A program made the position numbers and the translations under genes. A DNA stretch of 64,000 bases from contig NC_134033.1 of assembly GCF_964204645.1 (NCBI RefSeq), positions 6,534,231 to 6,598,230 of the forward strand. The letters are read 5' to 3'. The notes beneath the pieces are model-generated. The model was not told where the DNA came from. It saw only the letters and a list, made by a program, of their open reading frames with translations, and made no database searches. The DNA comes from Tubulanus polymorphus. Lineage: Eukaryota; Animalia; Nemertea. Of the stretch, positions 58,878 to 64,000 are shown piece after piece. Numbering within the stretch: position 1 is the first letter of the stretch; every line of letters starts with the position of its first letter.

Positions 58878-60797
58878 ACATAAGTTTAGATTGAATATCA
58901 TATAGTTCTGGAAAATTAGACTACTATCAAACTCTGACCCTCATACATTTTGGAAACTATTAAAAAAATCAGATAACAATTCGTGCAAACTTCCAAACTC
59001 CGATCTCTTCCAACATTTCAAATCTATGAATGAAAGCCCACTTTTAAACGGAAACGAACCTCTATTAAATAACGTTGATGAATTTATAGGTAGTAACTTT
59101 GACCTTGGCCCTTTGAATCAACCGTTCTCTAGGGAAGAAATCTCAAAATGTATCAAAAAGCGAAAAAATTCCAAGGCCTGCGGTATCGTTGGGATACCGA
59201 ATGAGTTCCTCAAAAGTGCCGAAGAATCACTTCTACCTTTATTAGTAAACCTTTTTAATAATGCTCTCGATACAGGCACTATTCCAGAGTCATGGCTGAA
59301 AGGCATCATTGTCCCTTTCTGTAAACAAAAAGGTAGCGAAAAAGACCGCGATAATTATAGGGGAATCACCCTTTTGAGCAATATTGGCAAACTATTCACT
59401 AGTATTATCAACGAAAGAATTACTGAGTACTTAGAAATTAACAATCTTTTGCTACAGAATCAGGCCGGTTTTAGGAAGAACCATAGCATTATGGACCACA
59501 TATTTACCCTCAAGGCTCTAGTCGACACCTTCCTAAACAACAATCAAAAACTCTGTTGTATCGTCATAGATTATAAAAAAGCCTTCGACTCTATCTGGAG
59601 AAAGGCCTTGTGGCACAAACTAATTATCAGTGGTGTCACTGGCAAAGTACTTAACGTTAAGTGAACATTCATTAGACATAGATCTGACCTTGAAACTTTA
59701 TGATAGTATGGTATTACCAATATTGCTGTTTGGCTGCGAAATTTGGGGATATGAGAACACACAGGTACTCGAGCCTGTTCAGCTACAATTTTTAAAATAT
59801 TTACTCAGATTGAAAAGGTCTACGTCTAGTGTATTTATTTACTGCGAGCTTGGTCGCTATCCTTTAGAGATTTATGTTAAACTGAGAATCGTTAAATTTT
59901 GGACAAAATTGATATTACAGAGTGAACATTCTTCTTCTTTTATGTACAAATATATCTATCAAACGCACCACGGTGGTCGGAGTAACGCTTGGATTCTTAA
60001 TGTTAAAAATATTCTTGTAAAAAAAGGTCTCGGCCACGCTTGGGAAACTCAATCTGTACCCAGTGCTAATTATCTTCATAGTATATTCAAACAGAGACTC
60101 ATGGATCAGTACGCACAAGGCTGGCACTCCGAGGTCAACGAAACACCAATTTGCTTAACCTACAAGCGTTTTAAAAAACTGTTTTAAATTCGAAGAGTAC
60201 CCTGACCAAATTACCCCCCAGTCTCCGCCTAGCCTTGTGTCGATTCAGATGCTCGAACCATAAGTTTACCTATTGAAATCGGTAGATATCGCCAGATTGA
60301 GCGAAACCATAGAATTTGTCAAAAATGTAATTTGGCAGCAACTGGAGACGAATTCCATTTTCTTTTAGTATGTCTCTTTTTTCAAAGCCTGAGAAGCAAA
60401 TTTATACCTAGTTACTACTGGCGACATCCCAATGAAAATACCCTACATATCCTTTTCTGTTCGAGAGGTAAAACTTTGCTCAATCTGGCGATATTCATTA
60501 AAAAGGTATCAAATAATTTACCTAATATAGCGTATAATTATCGGATCTCGATACTACAATTCCGCCTCATCTTTTGCATTATAGTTTCATTATAATTTTA
60601 TTATTATAAGTATTGTATTATTGCTATCACTATTATTATTATTATTTTTACTATAATCATAATTTTTACAATTTATTAATATAATTATTATTAATATTAT
60701 CATTATATTTTTGTAATAGTCTGTAATCTATGCGCTACTTTTGTGCTCTGTGCAATGTTATTATAACTTGTGGAGTGAATAAACTGAAACTGAAACT
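58878..60797 (+). mobile_element. 5'-truncated, internally deleted LINE (RTE-X-like)
   Basis: NYRGITLLS, QAGFR, DYKKAFD, ELGRYPL, FRCSNH..PIEIGRY, GDEFHFLLVC; AATAAA with (ACTGAA)n tail; inserted at the centre of an ~85-bp-arm palindrome (58797-58877 / 60798-60882). Confidence 0.9.
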
Positions 60798-62863
60798 AAA
60801 AATGTGCGCAAATCATCGCAACAATGGGGACCTCGAGGGACCGCCACAAAATGGCGCCTAGAAACTGGAAACTTCTTTATTGGTTCATATGTCGAACTGG
60901 GAAGCTTACGAAGATTTCATCGAAATAATTCCAGCCCATAACATATGACTATTGCCAAGAAGCGCAACCTGGGTCAACATTATGCTGGATATGTGGATAA
61001 TAGGAGTCCATTTGTCAGAGCATCGAAGCAATACAGTCCAACTTGTTTATGATGTCTCAGATGGAGCGCGCAGGGCAGGGCCGTCATTATATTGCTGACT
61101 TATCCAAATTACACTTACACAGCGCAACGTCTTTCAGTGTGTAAACTCCGTCGTACTCGGCATTATAGGACAGTGAGGAATTGAATTCTAGCCACCTGAG
61201 CCCTTGGCTTGATTCGAGCAAAAGACCTTAAATGACTTCACAGAATTTGATTATGAGTCTAGGACTTTCTAATTTTTTGAAGAATGCTTTCTCTGGTTTT
61301 GAGATCAATTAAAATTCACTCCTGAATACATTAGTAAAAAATTAGTCAAATAGATTCTTATTTTATTGAAAGAAATTCTACTGAACACAGATTTTGAAAT
61401 GAATTATGTGTCGATTGATCCAGACGAAATAAATACAGCTAAATCAACTGACGATCAACGAGGTGGAGTTTTCATTTATTTTCGGATAATTTGTCTACCC
61501 CTGATGATACAAGCATTTTGGCGACATCTTTTGAAACCTCAACGCTTTATCTGCGCGCGTCAATTAGTCAGCCACAATCGATTTTCATGCCATCTAAACT
61601 CTTTCCACCTGTAATTAAGCAATCTAATGTAAGAATTACTCAGTTATGTAATATAATAGAGGAGTGAAAGAAAGTACAATAAATATTTAAATCGTGCGTT
61701 TGTCGCGAAACATCTATTACTACTGTCTTGCAGAGCATAGACGCCGACCGTTAAGCCATGTGGTATTGGTATTCTACGGGCTATTCGGTTTACTCCAAAA
61801 CAAGTCTCTGATAAACTTTCAAAAGCTTCATATCAAGGGTATATCGTAGGACTCGTGAATTATCATCCCATAATAACAATGTATCCAATTCTGCATGTAC
61901 ACTAGCACGACTGATTACTGATCCAAATATTTTAAACATGACATTAGAAAAAAAACATTTACACAAAACGTCAAGTACTTACAGCATCTGAGATGCTTAA
62001 TTTGAATCGTACACTTGCACACTGTGGTTTATATATATTCCCACCAGCTGCAAGAATCGGCAAAGGAATTGAAGACCGCAGTGACCAGTTCATTCCACGA
62101 TTAATAGCTGGAAAGAAAGTAATCGAAATAAATGGTCGTATACATAAGTGTAAACCAGTCCCTTACTAACTTCTAAGGTTTTCGTTGTCATCGATCCGAG
62201 TCGTCAAGTGAACGCGGAAGTAAAATTCCATAGTAAAATCCCTACTACCATTCCTGTCCATATTACGTTGATTTGAGCCAGAAATATTCAGGAAATGTAG
62301 CCAACGTAAATTGATTTACTAATAGAATTAATCAATTGACTCATTTTAAGGATCATAGTTCATTTAAGTCCTAAAACTCGCCATATATTTGCGATAAATT
62401 TAGGCTGAAAATGATTTCAACCATCCGCCATGTTGGCTGCATATTGTCCGCAGTATCCGGACTTATTGTAAGTCTGAATTCGCGATTTACGGTTGAGTTT
62501 GACGCTCGAGGTCGTCCGGTAATTTGAAGGCTTTTCGGGATGTACTTTTATCAATGGATGACAATACTTTGCGTTATTCTTGTTGCTGTTTAGACCCGGT
62601 TATTACACGGGATTAATTCATAATAGATTACTATACGCAAATTCGAAATATTCAGGCGCTGAGTTATATTTCTGATAGAATTTAAAATTACGTTTATAAG
62701 CTGTTGGTAGTCGAATCTGAGAGGAGTTACATTTTATGAAAAATTTATAATGATAATAATAATCAACATAGATACAAGAGGGTTTCTGCGAAAGCAGCAG
62801 AAACCCTAATAAGAAACACGCGAATCCCAATAGGGTTTTCTGTGATGTAACAGATAACCCTAA

Positions 62864-63075
62864 TTAACATTACATAAGAAATATTTAATTACAAATATCG
62901 AAACATTTACTAATAGATATGGTAACAAATTAGTTATTCACCTAGAATATGAAGGATTAAAAGGTAATAAATATACATTCAGAACATATTTACCAGATAG
63001 ATTTCATAGATAATCTACTGAAGATCTAGAAGAAGTGTGTTCTGGTGATTTCTATTTCATATACCAATAAGGGTA
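62864..63075 (+). pseudogene. Polinton copy B, right part: 3' half of the small ORF
   Basis: LTLHKKYLITNIETFTNRYGNKLVIHLEYEGLKG...YLPDRFHR*STEDLEEVCSGDFYFIY continues 37967-38061 in frame. Confidence 0.8.
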
Positions 63076-63624
63076 AAAAAAGAGCGAAAGGTTTCAGCGA
63101 ACTCTAACTCTTTTGAAAAATCATTAAAAATTCATAGATATGTTCACGAATTAAATGATAAATTATATAATTCAAATTAAGAGACTGTTAAATTGGTTGA
63201 AAATGTATAGAATATTGTATAAATTAAAGTTCATTAAACAAGGGGTTCTATGTATTAATGGTAATAATGCGTATTAAATACATATCATGCTTTATTTCTG
63301 AAATTGAAGTCTCAGAAGTATTCAATTTTTTGATTATGATATTTTAATTCTTTACATTTAACAAGAATAATACTAACTTATTCAAGGTAAAGTTTTTTCT
63401 AGTATTTTCTTGTCAAATGTAAATAAATTTAGTGAAACAAGAATTGAATCAAAATCATTAAAAAAACAATAAGTTTCTTTAATTATACTAACTTATACAA
63501 GTTAATGTTTTTTCTTATTGAAACTATTCAAAATATTATGTAATCCAGTGAGCAATTAGAAACAATAACTAGTCTTATTTTAAAGAATTATATCATATTT
63601 TAGTGCTAAGTAAAGAATGTGATA

Positions 63625-63970
63625 TTCATCATTACTGAATCAAATATATATGATGAATCTATGATATTTATTACTGAATCAAACATATACAATGTTTCTA
63701 AATTTTATCATCTATGATATTCATTACTGAATCAAATATATATGATGAATCTATGATATTTATTACTGAATCAAACATATACAATGTTTCTAAATTTTAT
63801 CATCTATGATATTCATTACTGAATCAAATATATATGATGAATCTATGATATTTATTACTGAATCAAACATATACAATGTTTCTAAATTTTATCATCTATG
63901 ATATTCATTACTGAATCAAATATATATGATAAATCTGTGATATTTATTACTGAATCAAATATATACGATA
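63625..63970. repeat. 92-bp tandem repeat, about 3.7 copies
   Basis: TCATTACTGAATCAAATATATATGATG... recurs at 63721, 63813 and 63905. Confidence 0.9.
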
Positions 63971-64000
63971 GAATTTAAAAATATTATATAATTCAAATTA

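Larger units (their letters stand above)
41912..62812 (-). mobile_element. Inner Helentron-like element (about 2.1 kb own sequence) containing the full-length Polinton and a LINE
   Basis: 3' end AATATAGCTGCATAGCAGCGATAACGGGTTTCTGC at 41912-41945; matching 5' subTIR/IR GGGTTTCTGC...GCAGAAACCCTAA at 62781-62810. Confidence 0.7.
38062..62863 (-). mobile_element. Outer Helentron-like element; own sequence about 38062-41911 plus 62813-62863, hosting nested insertions
   Basis: 3' subTIR/hairpin at 38062; 5' TTAGGGTTATCTG...CAGAAAACCCT (minus strand) at 62863; removal rejoins codons GAA|TTA of the interrupted Polinton ORF with no TSD. Confidence 0.75.

Overview
Repeat-rich nuclear DNA of an animal, probably an invertebrate (host not identifiable from the sequence). 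Host genes are a spliced ColQ-like collagen gene (about 25.0-32.3 kb, +) and an intronless, frameshifted rhodopsin-type GPCR (33.8-34.7 kb, -). The main feature is a full-length 16,837-bp Polinton/Maverick-like endogenous virus (41960-58796) with identical 89-bp TIRs and a 6-bp GAAGTT target-site duplication. It encodes pPolB, a DDE integrase with chromodomain, an A32-type ATPase, major and minor capsid proteins, an HNH nuclease and several membrane proteins. Three things make it unusual. (1) Its pPolB carries a 355-codon LAGLIDADG intein in the catalytic YxD|TDS motif. (2) It encodes a protein resembling poxvirus/NCLDV late transcription factor VLTF3 (A2). (3) 14 of its 15 genes start at TAAATG, most after a T-run, which is the layout of poxvirus late promoters. 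Together these suggest, by inference, a virophage-like element expressed by a cytoplasmic pox-like/NCLDV helper. Two degraded relatives (5.8-12.2 kb; 37.7-38.1 kb joined to 62.9 kb onward) begin with a ~150-bp AGTAAT...ATTACT fold-back. The second is split exactly between two codons by a 24.8-kb nest of two Helentron-like elements that contains the full-length virus. The rest is satellites, LINE remnants and MITEs. All protein assignments come from motif recognition by eye, not database searches.
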